Below, piece by piece: positions 19,115 to 26,697 of a DNA stretch of 59,879 nucleotides. The notes under the pieces were generated by a model. The model ran no database searches and had not been told where the DNA came from. It saw only the letters and a program-made list of their open reading frames with translations. The number at the start of each line of letters is the position of its first letter. Within the stretch, counting starts at the first letter, position 1. Position numbers and translations under genes: made by a program. The DNA comes from a virus. The stretch lies in the IMG/VR virus record IMGVR_UViG_3300045988_119195, positions 1 through 59,879 of that record, one strand, 5' to 3'.

Positions 19115-19119
19115 ATTAG

Positions 19120-19359
19120 TCATTGTATAACGTCGCTTTCGTCAACGTCCGTTATTTCCAGTTTCAGGCCGTCTTTGATTGACTTGATACAAGAGTTTAT
19201 TTCACTTTCAAAGAATCGCTGATAAGTCGACAATTCGTCTTCATTTTTAGCGTATGTGAAACCATTGGAACATGCAAGACAATTTATTTCATGCGCCGCG
19301 TCTTGACTGTATATAGAACCGTCAACGGATACGCATTCTAAACGCTTCCAATTCATCAT
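19120..19359 (-). CDS. Hypothetical early protein
   Basis: ORF with start overlapping the upstream stop (TGATGATG). Confidence 0.55.
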   Translation of the reverse strand: MMNWKRLECVSVDGSIYSQDAAHEINCLACSNGFTYAKNEDELSTYQRFFESEINSCIKSIKDGLKLEITDVDESDVIQ

Positions 19360-19511
19360 CAATCTTCCTTTTCGTCGTTGCTATCCATTGTGAAGGCGGC
19401 CTCTATCAATACGTAGGCGAATATGGCTGTCATGATGAAGGCTATAAAGTTTCCCGATTGCATGGCGGCGAATAACGCGCCCAATGCCGCTAAGTACATC
19501 ATTTTTTGCAT
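19359..19511 (-). CDS. Small hydrophobic membrane protein (50 aa), not in the ORF track
   Basis: ATG 19511 with SD GAAAGGA. MQKMMYLAALGALFAAMQSGNFIAFIMTAIFAYVLIEAAF... gives two TM-like segments. More plausible than track ORF 19381..19566. Confidence 0.5.
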   Translation of the reverse strand: MQKMMYLAALGALFAAMQSGNFIAFIMTAIFAYVLIEAAFTMDSNDEKED

Positions 19512-19522
19512 TGCTTATCCTT

Positions 19523-20260
19523 TCACCAAGTGATAACTGAATAATCCATTTTGGATAATTCGTCAACGGCTATATCTCTTAATTCTTTATTCAATTCTGG
19601 CATATTGTCTAAAGATTCCGTGACTGTTTCAAAGAGATAGTCCAACTGATACGAATCGTCATAAATACCGCCCAATGAATCGCTATCTATCACATCACCT
19701 GTTAAACAGTCTATCAAATCAATTGCAAAATAAAGCGGCGTTTGATATGCGTATGTTTTAAAGTCTGAAACGATATATTGCGCGTCTTCTTCGTCAATGC
19801 CTTGCAAATAAATTTCCGCGTATGCGTCGCTATCGTTTCCGCGTGCAATGTGTTTGAATTCCGCCATTGCCTCTTTCCAATCCGCGCCGCCTTCATCACC
19901 GCATAGATTGTTTGCCCAATCGATAAATGACAATGACAACAAACCTTTACGGGCAATGTCAATTGAATAGCCTTTGTTTTCGTCCATTTCTTGAAATAAG
20001 ATTGCGGCCTCTTCTTCGTTCAATTCCATCGAATCAACGGCTTCTAATTTCAATTCATCCATATAGGCTTTGATTGAATTGGGCGTTTCAACGTCTTCAG
20101 GCTTAAAGCGTTTTGCGTCTGGTTTATCAAAGCGTGTCCAGATATAATCATTAACGCGGCTCAATTTGCGTTCTTCGATGAATTCATGGAACATATGACA
20201 GCCTATATCATCGGCTTCAATTTTAATTTCTAACGCCTGATTATTTTTGATGAACATCAT
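19523..20260 (-). CDS. Highly acidic early protein (possible DNA mimic; function unknown)
   Basis: ATG 20260 with SD AAAAGGA. Very D/E-rich 245 aa. The track start at 20281 lacks an SD and abuts an operator. Confidence 0.65.
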   Translation of the reverse strand: MMFIKNNQALEIKIEADDIGCHMFHEFIEERKLSRVNDYIWTRFDKPDAKRFKPEDVETPNSIKAYMDELKLEAVDSMELNEEEAAILFQEMDENKGYSIDIARKGLLSLSFIDWANNLCGDEGGADWKEAMAEFKHIARGNDSDAYAEIYLQGIDEEDAQYIVSDFKTYAYQTPLYFAIDLIDCLTGDVIDSDSLGGIYDDSYQLDYLFETVTESLDNMPELNKELRDIAVDELSKMDYSVITW

Positions 20261-20281
20261 TTTATTTATCCTTTTATCCAT

Positions 20282-20349
20282 TTCTGACCAGAATCAAACT
20301 GTTTGCCATTTCTGGCCAGAATCAAACTGTTTGCCATTTCTGGCCAGAA
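20282..20349. promoter_or_regulatory. Three 28-bp-spaced copies of palindromic operator TTCTGGCCAGAA (first copy TTCTGACCAGAA)
   Basis: Copies at 20282-20293, 20310-20321 and 20338-20349, inside the 28-bp tandem unit CATTTCTGGCCAGAATCAAACTGTTTGC. Confidence 0.6.
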
Positions 20350-20365
20350 TCAAAACTTGTAATCT

Positions 20366-20935
20366 TTAGCCTTCAAAACATGCCCACTTCAAAACGGCGG
20401 TTTTGTTGCTTACGCCTAAAACACGCCCTACATGTGCTTCAAAGTCTGATAAATGGCGGCGCGTAGTGTTGGAATAGTTTCTTGCATTCCGTTGCAAGTA
20501 AATAACATTTGTGTTTACTTTCCACGCGGCGATAACGGTAGAATAGCTAACCAAGACTTCATAAAATCCGCCGTTGTCATGATAGTAATTCAGAATCCAA
20601 GCTTGCTTGCTTTTGATTCGTGACTTATTGCTAATGGCAGCGGCTAATCGTGCATTCGAACGGTAGACGCTTTCTGCCAGTTCAATGGCCTTGAAGTGAA
20701 ATTCTTCTTTATCGGCGCATATTTCAGCGGAAAATCGGCGATATTCGTCATTTTCATCATAGACAGTAAACATGATTGCCGCATGGCCTCTATCGTTTAC
20801 AACGTCTTCAGATTCAAACTTCAGGCCATTGCCTAAATAGTCTTTAGCGTGTATTAACGCGCCTTCTTTTGTGTATGCAAAGCGATTCAGGCATTTGCGA
20901 AGGGCTGCGATTTTTGAAATGTTGGATTGTTTCAT
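20366..20935 (-). CDS. Hypothetical early protein
   Basis: 189 aa ORF in the leftward operon. Confidence 0.65.
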   Translation of the reverse strand: MKQSNISKIAALRKCLNRFAYTKEGALIHAKDYLGNGLKFESEDVVNDRGHAAIMFTVYDENDEYRRFSAEICADKEEFHFKAIELAESVYRSNARLAAAISNKSRIKSKQAWILNYYHDNGGFYEVLVSYSTVIAAWKVNTNVIYLQRNARNYSNTTRRHLSDFEAHVGRVLGVSNKTAVLKWACFEG

Positions 20936-20989
20936 TTTAAATTTCCTTTTCGTTGTTTATAGACTGTTTACAGTCTGCTTTGGGTTAAA

Positions 20990-21310
20990 TTATAAATAGT
21001 GACAGTTGCATTTTTTGACGATTGCTTCCATAGTCCAGACGTTTGAGTTAATCAGGAATGGTGGGATGCCTTTTTCAAACAATGCTATTCTTAAAGTCAA
21101 GATTTTTTGTTTTGCGGCTGAAACAGCGGCTTTATGTGTTTTTACAAACTCTTCAAACTCTTCGTCTGGAATATCGCCGATGGAAACTTTTTCAAGGTTT
21201 TCTAATTCGGTTTGGGTTTCGACAATTTCTTCTTCAGTTTTTGAAACTTCTTTTATTTCAGTCAATTCGGCAATCATTGCTTCAATGGCTTGAATTTTTT
21301 TCGCCGTCAT
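20990..21310 (-). CDS. Hypothetical acidic coiled-coil early protein
   Basis: 106 aa ORF in the leftward operon. Confidence 0.6.
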   Translation of the reverse strand: MTAKKIQAIEAMIAELTEIKEVSKTEEEIVETQTELENLEKVSIGDIPDEEFEEFVKTHKAAVSAAKQKILTLRIALFEKGIPPFLINSNVWTMEAIVKKCNCHYL

Positions 21311-21374
21311 TACCAGTAACGATTTTATTCAGCATTTCTTGCAATTCGGCGGCCATGTATTCATTGATAATCAT
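21282..21374 (-). CDS. Possible 30-aa leader ORF
   Basis: ATG 21374 with SD AAAGGAAAC 5 nt upstream. Overlaps the start of 20990..21310 out of frame. Confidence 0.25.
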   Translation of the reverse strand: MIINEYMAAELQEMLNKIVTGNDGEKNSSH

Positions 21375-21414
21375 GATGTTTCCTTTGTGTTTCGTGTTTG
21401 TTTCGATAGGTTGT

Positions 21415-21442
21415 ATTATACGCCTTTTTTAAAACTTGACAA
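21415..21442 (-). promoter_or_regulatory. Leftward sigma70 promoter PL2
   Basis: TTGTCA-N16-TATAAT on the minus strand. The -35 overlaps a plus-strand TTGACA. Confidence 0.6.
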
Positions 21443-21525
21443 GTATTATTTTAAAAATATTTTAGATTTAAGCTTAAGTTGTTGATTTTAAATAGAATTA
21501 ATTTAAAAATTAATCATAAATCATA
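21415..21525. repeat. About 110-bp promoter module, copy 2 (paralog of 22742..22852)
   Basis: Roughly 85-90 percent identity by eye, including ...TTGACAAGT.TTATTTTAAAAATATT..AGATTTAAGC.TAA.TTG.TGATTTTAAATAGAATTAATTTAAAAA. Confidence 0.85.
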
Positions 21526-21533
21526 TAGCGATT

Positions 21534-21574
21534 TTCTGGCCAGAATTACACTCTTTAGCCTTTTCTGGCCAGAA
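21534..21574. promoter_or_regulatory. Two more copies of palindromic operator TTCTGGCCAGAA (29-bp spacing)
   Basis: Copies at 21534-21545 and 21563-21574. The second extends to the perfect 16-mer TTTTCTGGCCAGAAAA. Confidence 0.6.
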
Positions 21575-21578
21575 AATA

Positions 21579-22046
21579 TCAGGCGGCCTTCTTCCAAAAT
21601 TTTGAGAAAAAACGGCTTTCAGCGGCTTTGAAATTGCCGTTTCTCAAAAGGTTTCGAATCTCAAATAATTGATGGAGGCCGCATTTCTCAGCTTCAATTT
21701 CATAGCCGCCGTATGTGTAATAGTCGGTTTCACCGCGGCGCATTGGAACGATTGGATAAAAATCGCCTTGTGATGAAGTATGAACGCCGCCCGTCGCTGA
21801 ATTGTTTTTCAAGGCCGCTGATTCAGCCGTCAACCATTCATCGGGGAATGTTTCGCCGTCTAGTTTCACCAAGCAATCGGGAATCGCTTTCAGCGCGTCG
21901 ATATCTACAAATGACAAATTGCAATTAATTGTCATTTCAAAAACCGTAAACAGGTTGAGTTTCTTTCCGATAGTCTTCACGTCAACAATAGCACCCGCTG
22001 CTTCTTTGAAAACGCGCTGATTGGTAGTTTGGATTTTTGCATACAT
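21579..22046 (-). CDS. Hypothetical early protein
   Basis: 155 aa ORF. Confidence 0.65.
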   Translation of the reverse strand: MYAKIQTTNQRVFKEAAGAIVDVKTIGKKLNLFTVFEMTINCNLSFVDIDALKAIPDCLVKLDGETFPDEWLTAESAALKNNSATGGVHTSSQGDFYPIVPMRRGETDYYTYGGYEIEAEKCGLHQLFEIRNLLRNGNFKAAESRFFSKFWKKAA

Positions 22047-22064
22047 TTTGATTTTCCTTTTCTG

Positions 22065-22346
22065 TCAAATTGTTGGTTTCAAGTCATAGACTTTGCGCAA
22101 TTTAGTAATGACTAAATCTTTACCCTTTGCCGTTGCTTTGATGTAAACGGCGTTATTCAAATGATTCTTAATGGTTTGGGGATTCGTGGACGGATAAAAT
22201 TCCAAATCTTTAGCCGTCGGTTTCACTACTTCCATCAAACCGCCTTCCAAGTATTCCGACAGGTTATTATGGCGTTTATATACAGGAATTGCCCTGTTTT
22301 CGTTTACGCTGATAAACAAGTCATTATAGTGTTTAAAGCTGTTCAT
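22065..22346 (-). CDS. Hypothetical early protein
   Basis: ATG 22346 with SD AGGCGGA. The track ORF extends to 22412. Confidence 0.6.
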   Translation of the reverse strand: MNSFKHYNDLFISVNENRAIPVYKRHNNLSEYLEGGLMEVVKPTAKDLEFYPSTNPQTIKNHLNNAVYIKATAKGKDLVITKLRKVYDLKPTI

Positions 22347-22356
22347 AGTTTCCGCC

Positions 22357-22701
22357 TTATTGAATGAAATAGCGTTTATCAAAGATTCCCCAATCGTCGG
22401 AATTGCTTCCAATCAATGCGCCGCTATCGGATTTTGGGAAATAGACAGCAATGCAATCTTGTTTCAATGCGTCGGATAAATCCTTAATCGATTTTTCAAA
22501 ATCGATATATTCAGCGTCTGATTTTCCAGTCAAAATCAAAGTCTTTTCTGTTTCAGAATCGGCGATTTTGGCGGAATCAAAATCAAGATTGAAAATAGGA
22601 AGAATTGACAATACATTTCCGACTTTCAAATCTTCCATCACGCCGCCGCGCGTCATGTGTGGACTAGTTTTCAGGCCGATATTTAAAACAAATTCACGCA
22701 T
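22357..22701 (-). CDS. Hypothetical early protein (first gene of the leftward operon)
   Basis: SD GAAAGGA upstream of ATG 22701, downstream of PL1. Confidence 0.65.
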   Translation of the reverse strand: MREFVLNIGLKTSPHMTRGGVMEDLKVGNVLSILPIFNLDFDSAKIADSETEKTLILTGKSDAEYIDFEKSIKDLSDALKQDCIAVYFPKSDSGALIGSNSDDWGIFDKRYFIQ

Positions 22702-22741
22702 TTTTAAATCCTTTCATTTCGTATTTGGTTTCGATATGTGA

Positions 22742-22769
22742 ATTATAGCCTTTTTAAAAATTTTGACAA
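22742..22769 (-). promoter_or_regulatory. Leftward sigma70 promoter PL1
   Basis: TTGTCA-N16-TATAAT on the minus strand, about 40 nt upstream of ATG 22701. Confidence 0.65.
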
Positions 22770-22852
22770 GTCTTATTTTAAAAATATTTGAGATTTAAGC
22801 CTAAATTGCTGATTTTAAATAGAATTAATTTAAAAAATAATTCTAATCAGAC
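22742..22852. repeat. About 110-bp promoter module, copy 1 (paralog of 21415..21525)
   Basis: See copy 2. Confidence 0.85.
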
Positions 22853-23043
22853 GCTAATTTTTCATTGAAAATTGCCTATTAATGAACGCGCGCGTAAATA
22901 TTACAACAAAAAGAATTTGTCAATAATCAATCGATTAATTATTGCTATCAATTCATAGCTTTTAACAATCAGTCATTTGTCATTAAATTCGTCGCGGATT
23001 CGTTTCCGCCGCCGATTGTTCAATAGTCTAACTGCCTGATTTT

Positions 23044-23176
23044 CCTAGACAAGACACCAGCGAATTCGCCCCTAGACAGGCTTCCTCCCGATATAGAAAT
23101 TTCACCCCTAGACAGGCCGTCTCCCGATATAAAATTTTCACCCCTAGACAGGTCGTCTCCCGATATAAAATTATAA
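23044..23176. repeat. Three 36-bp tandem iterons CCCCTAGACAGGnCGTCTCCCGATATAAAATTTTCA plus one partial copy
   Basis: CCCCTAGACAGG starts at 23069, 23105 and 23141. A partial CCTAGACAAG lies at 23044. Confidence 0.85.
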
Positions 23177-23267
23177 ATGCGGCACAATTCAATACGAGTA
23201 AATCGCCTTTGAAACAAATTAATTTCGAATTAAAACAACGATATTTGCAATAATTGAAATTTAAATC

Positions 23268-23296
23268 TTGACAATCCTTACACGACACTCAATAAT
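23268..23296 (+). promoter_or_regulatory. Rightward sigma70 promoter PR
   Basis: TTGACA-N17-AATAAT, 34 nt upstream of ATG 23330. The CTTGACAAT context is shared with the three cassette promoters. Confidence 0.55.
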
Positions 23297-23329
23297 GTGA
23301 ACGCTTACTAGAAACAAAAGGATTTACAG

Positions 23330-23686
23330 ATGGAACAGAAAACAGAAACTCGCGGCGTGAAGAAAGGCACGAAGCGCGGTAGTTACACTACAAAGAAAGA
23401 CATATTCCGCACCCCGAAACTCGGCACAACCGAATGGGAATTGTGGCGATTGGAAGTCGGTCAGACCTACACGGTGACGCGCTATCTGCATGTGGATGAA
23501 GCAACTGAAGAAAAGCTGCGTAAATTGAAAAGCTCTATGCGCTCTCAGGTTGCAAACTATTTCAAACAATTACGCAGCGATATTTACAAGCGCGACTTCA
23601 CCGTGGCCGTGTATGAGATTTTCGACGAGAACCGCAAAGCGTTCGTCGTATTCTGCGTAACGACAGCCGTTGAATGGAAGGGTTAA
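23330..23686 (+). CDS. Hypothetical basic protein
   Basis: SD AAAAGGA. First gene of the rightward operon. Confidence 0.65.
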   Translation: MEQKTETRGVKKGTKRGSYTTKKDIFRTPKLGTTEWELWRLEVGQTYTVTRYLHVDEATEEKLRKLKSSMRSQVANYFKQLRSDIYKRDFTVAVYEIFDENRKAFVVFCVTTAVEWKG

Positions 23687-23688
23687 GA

Positions 23689-24492
23689 ATGGCTATTGAA
23701 GGTATTAATGTTGCCGCAATCATGGTTGATAATATCGACGCGACTAAACGAATGATACAACAGGCGACCAATGTCCGAGCAATCGGCAACGCCGCCTACA
23801 ACCGATTTATTGTAGCGGCTCAGAATGGTGCTGGTGTAGATGAAATCTTGATGAAGCTGCCTATTGATATTATTCACGAACCGCGTGAGTTTGCTGAAAA
23901 AATTTGCAGGGATGCCGAATTTCTGAAAAGTATACCCGAATACGACAAATGGCTAGGCAAACCGCAAAATAAATCGGGCGAAACGCAGCCTAATGGGTAC
24001 GCTAAAACGGTAGGCAAACCGCAAAATAATTTGTTTAATTCTCCACGCCCGAATCACACTGAAACGGAAGGGGAAGCCTTTGCAAAGCGTACCTTTGAAG
24101 TGATGCAGGATATTCATATCAAGGATGATGTATTTCTTTGCTATGACAAAACAATCATTGCCGCGCTGCATACTCCTCACGGTATATTCCTCGGCACAAA
24201 CGGTATCAAGAAGAAACCGTCAGCGCATATCTGCCCACGCAAAGGGCAAAGCATTAACCAAGGCTACGATAAGTGTGTTGAGCAATGCCAGCAGCCGTCT
24301 CACGCTGAACTGGCGGCTCTTATGAAGTATAAGGCACGCGTATACGAGCCTGATTTTGAAAACAGTTGGATGGAAGTATACGGGGCAAAAGAAGTATGCT
24401 ACCACTGTAAAACAACGCTCGAATTAGTAGGAATTCAGCGCATTATCCTCAAACCCCTTAATCAATTAGGAGAAATCCATGGCTATCAATAA
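23689..24492 (+). CDS. CMP/dCMP deaminase-like zinc enzyme with a ~130-aa N-terminal extension
   Basis: HAELAAL ... CYHC zinc motif with GTNG...C...C upstream. ATG 23689 with SD AAGGG. GKPQN duplicated in the linker. Confidence 0.6.
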   Translation: MAIEGINVAAIMVDNIDATKRMIQQATNVRAIGNAAYNRFIVAAQNGAGVDEILMKLPIDIIHEPREFAEKICRDAEFLKSIPEYDKWLGKPQNKSGETQPNGYAKTVGKPQNNLFNSPRPNHTETEGEAFAKRTFEVMQDIHIKDDVFLCYDKTIIAALHTPHGIFLGTNGIKKKPSAHICPRKGQSINQGYDKCVEQCQQPSHAELAALMKYKARVYEPDFENSWMEVYGAKEVCYHCKTTLELVGIQRIILKPLNQLGEIHGYQ

Positions 24493-24940
24493 AGACGATT
24501 ACGAGTTGATGAAACCTTTGTTGGATGACCCAAACAAACGAATCATCGTTGATATTACTCTTCCAGAAAGTCAGTTCACGCAAATGATGCGCCTGCTGGG
24601 GCAACGTCTGCTGAAAGTGACCCAAGACTTCGGCAATTCAACGCACTATGGCCTGACTGAACGCGGTGAAGAAGAAGTTCGTAACTACGAAGCAAACGCC
24701 GTAGACGATATGATTGCTGAAGCCGACGTAAATAAATATCCAGCATTGTTTGAAAACAAGGTAACTGGCGTGATTGTGTTGGGCATCAATCCAACATGTG
24801 GCACGATTGTTAAAGAAGCCACGGTTGAATTCGAAATCGGTCAATTCCCTCTCTACGTCGGCACATTCCAAACATGTTTCCAACCATTTTTCGACGAAAC
24901 CGTTTGGAAGCGCGTTGAATCTGTAACTATCAACCTCTAA
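24479..24940 (+). CDS. Hypothetical protein
   Basis: SD GGAG. 153 aa. Confidence 0.65.
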   Translation: MAINKDDYELMKPLLDDPNKRIIVDITLPESQFTQMMRLLGQRLLKVTQDFGNSTHYGLTERGEEEVRNYEANAVDDMIAEADVNKYPALFENKVTGVIVLGINPTCGTIVKEATVEFEIGQFPLYVGTFQTCFQPFFDETVWKRVESVTINL

Positions 24941-24950
24941 GGAGCAGGTC

Positions 24951-25817
24951 ATGAAAGCATTTATCCCCTATCAACTCACAAGCGATGTTGAGTTCGGCGG
25001 TCTGAAGGCAAATCTCAAACCGATTGAGCCTCAAGGTTTGGCCTCGACCGTAACTTATATTGCACCACATCCATGCCTGTATCCCGACGAAGCCGAAGAC
25101 GGCGTGGTTGTATTCGGCGAAGACTACAAGAAGGTAGAACTTCATGTCGTCATCCGCGAGCGTGTCGTTCCTGCTTCTTCTATCCGTGACTTTGTTAACG
25201 AGAAGGAGAAAGAATACTGCAAAGATACCGATGCCGAACGCGCTCCACGCAAACTGCGTCAGGAATGGAAAGAAGACTATCTCGTGGCAAAACTCCCGAC
25301 TGCGCCGCTCAAGACAACAGTTGTACCTGTTCTGTTCCTGATTGACGAAGGCTACGTCCTCATTGGTACATCGTCCCAGAAGATTGCAGACCGTGTAGTT
25401 GGCAAATTACTCCTCACCTTGCGCAATTTCTCTGTACGTCCGTTTAACACGGAAAACTTCGACTCATGGCTGTGGGAGCAGGTAAGCAGTGTCGATAACG
25501 GTGATGTCGCTGGTATGGTTGAATACGAAGACAGCGTGACTGGTGTGCGCGTGCGATACAGCGGTGATTATGAGCTTTCCGAAGCCCGTATTGCCATCGT
25601 GAAGAATCCTAACAATCGGGTTCGCTCGGCAATGTTTGACTTGGTTGGCAGTTGCACATGTGTCATCAACGACAAGGCCGTCGTGTCTCAGATTAAACCC
25701 GAAGCATCGAAGGCTACGACTGCCGATAAAACCGTTGATGACAAACGCGGCAAATGGTATATTGATACGCAGATGTGCGTTGATATTCTGAAGCTGCTCA
25801 CAAAAGCGAAAGGTTAA
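24951..25817 (+). CDS. RdgC-like recombination-associated protein
   Basis: About 290 aa. Pattern ...ERVVPASSIRDFV.EKE........RKLR.EWKED....LLP.A......V...ID......L.GTSS.K.AD.V...L resembles RdgC, from memory. Confidence 0.5.
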   Translation: MKAFIPYQLTSDVEFGGLKANLKPIEPQGLASTVTYIAPHPCLYPDEAEDGVVVFGEDYKKVELHVVIRERVVPASSIRDFVNEKEKEYCKDTDAERAPRKLRQEWKEDYLVAKLPTAPLKTTVVPVLFLIDEGYVLIGTSSQKIADRVVGKLLLTLRNFSVRPFNTENFDSWLWEQVSSVDNGDVAGMVEYEDSVTGVRVRYSGDYELSEARIAIVKNPNNRVRSAMFDLVGSCTCVINDKAVVSQIKPEASKATTADKTVDDKRGKWYIDTQMCVDILKLLTKAKG

Positions 25818-25821
25818 TGTC

Positions 25822-26664
25822 ATGTCAATACAGTTACCTTACGAAGCTGGTGTTGCGTATCCAATCACAACATCGGCTATTGCCGAGATTGCCCAGCAAC
25901 TCCAAGAAAAACGCTTAGGCAAAGGCGAAAGCGTTTTTCTTCCAGAATTCCCAATGGAACACACTAGCGCGTTGAACTCGGCACTCATCACTGGCATGAA
26001 TGTTGCGTTCTACACCAACGCAGACAGCGTATACGGCGGCAAAGGGGTTCGCATTTACTCCTTGCACGATATTAAGAACTCCATCAAGGAAGAAGCGCGT
26101 TTAGCTGGTGATGGTGCGGCTTCCAAGAGCAACTCTGATTCGTGGAAGCGCCGCATCGAAAAATGGTTCGGTTTCGAGTTGGAAGATGTTGCGTTCTTCT
26201 GGGATAGCAAAGCGCAGAAAGTTTTTGTCGCTAACAAAGACGATGACCCGAACTTTGAACCAGCAGAGCATCAATACCAACTGGGTTTAGTTACCGCTTT
26301 TGCATATATGAGTTCGGCTGGTGAGCATTATCGCGGTGGGGCTGCCGAACCGCCGAAACCAACCCATTTTACCCACTACGAAATGCCACAAATCAACGTA
26401 TGGCAAGGCGTGAAGCAGGTTATCTGGATGTACGACGAAACGGATGATGTTGTGACCGAGCATAGCGACTATCCGAGTGCAATGGAGTACACAACCAGCT
26501 TCGACGTTGAACACCAATTCGAACAAGCCCCACTGATTGCGTGGTTAGCGTATAATGCGGCCAAGAGCTTCGTGAATGACAATTCGCTTCTCTCAGGTGA
26601 AGAACCCGTGGCCGTCGTCGTTCAGGAAGAGATTGTCTCAACCGATGAATTGGAGGACTTGTAA
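25822..26664 (+). CDS. Hypothetical protein with acidic tail ..STDELEDL
   Basis: 280 aa. SD AAAGG. Confidence 0.65.
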   Translation: MSIQLPYEAGVAYPITTSAIAEIAQQLQEKRLGKGESVFLPEFPMEHTSALNSALITGMNVAFYTNADSVYGGKGVRIYSLHDIKNSIKEEARLAGDGAASKSNSDSWKRRIEKWFGFELEDVAFFWDSKAQKVFVANKDDDPNFEPAEHQYQLGLVTAFAYMSSAGEHYRGGAAEPPKPTHFTHYEMPQINVWQGVKQVIWMYDETDDVVTEHSDYPSAMEYTTSFDVEHQFEQAPLIAWLAYNAAKSFVNDNSLLSGEEPVAVVVQEEIVSTDELEDL

Positions 26665-26697
26665 TGTCTACTGAGCAAAAAGGACGATACGTTCGAT

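Noticed and set aside
19381-19566. 61-aa track ORF on the minus strand.
   Set aside because: It overlaps the upstream gene and has no SD. A 50-codon hydrophobic ORF in another frame (19359..19511) has a good SD and fits the gene spacing.
20296-20345. Sigma54-like TGGCA-N6-TTTGA inside each 28-bp operator unit (minus strand).
   Set aside because: The -12 element lacks the conserved GC (TTGA rather than TTGC), and no enhancer-binding protein gene is present. Probably a by-product of the repeat.
20279-20362. 28-bp repeat array (also the 36-bp array at 23044-23176 and the 15-bp array at the window ends) considered as a CRISPR array.
   Set aside because: The units are directly tandem, or separated by repeated rather than unique sequence. 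There are only 3 copies and no cas genes. One array is coding.
23020-23288. Minus-strand ORFs 23020..23217 and 23028..23288.
   Set aside because: Their products are just the translated 36-bp iterons (repeating SRGE.FISGD / CLGVK.LYRE). The region is a promoter and iteron zone.
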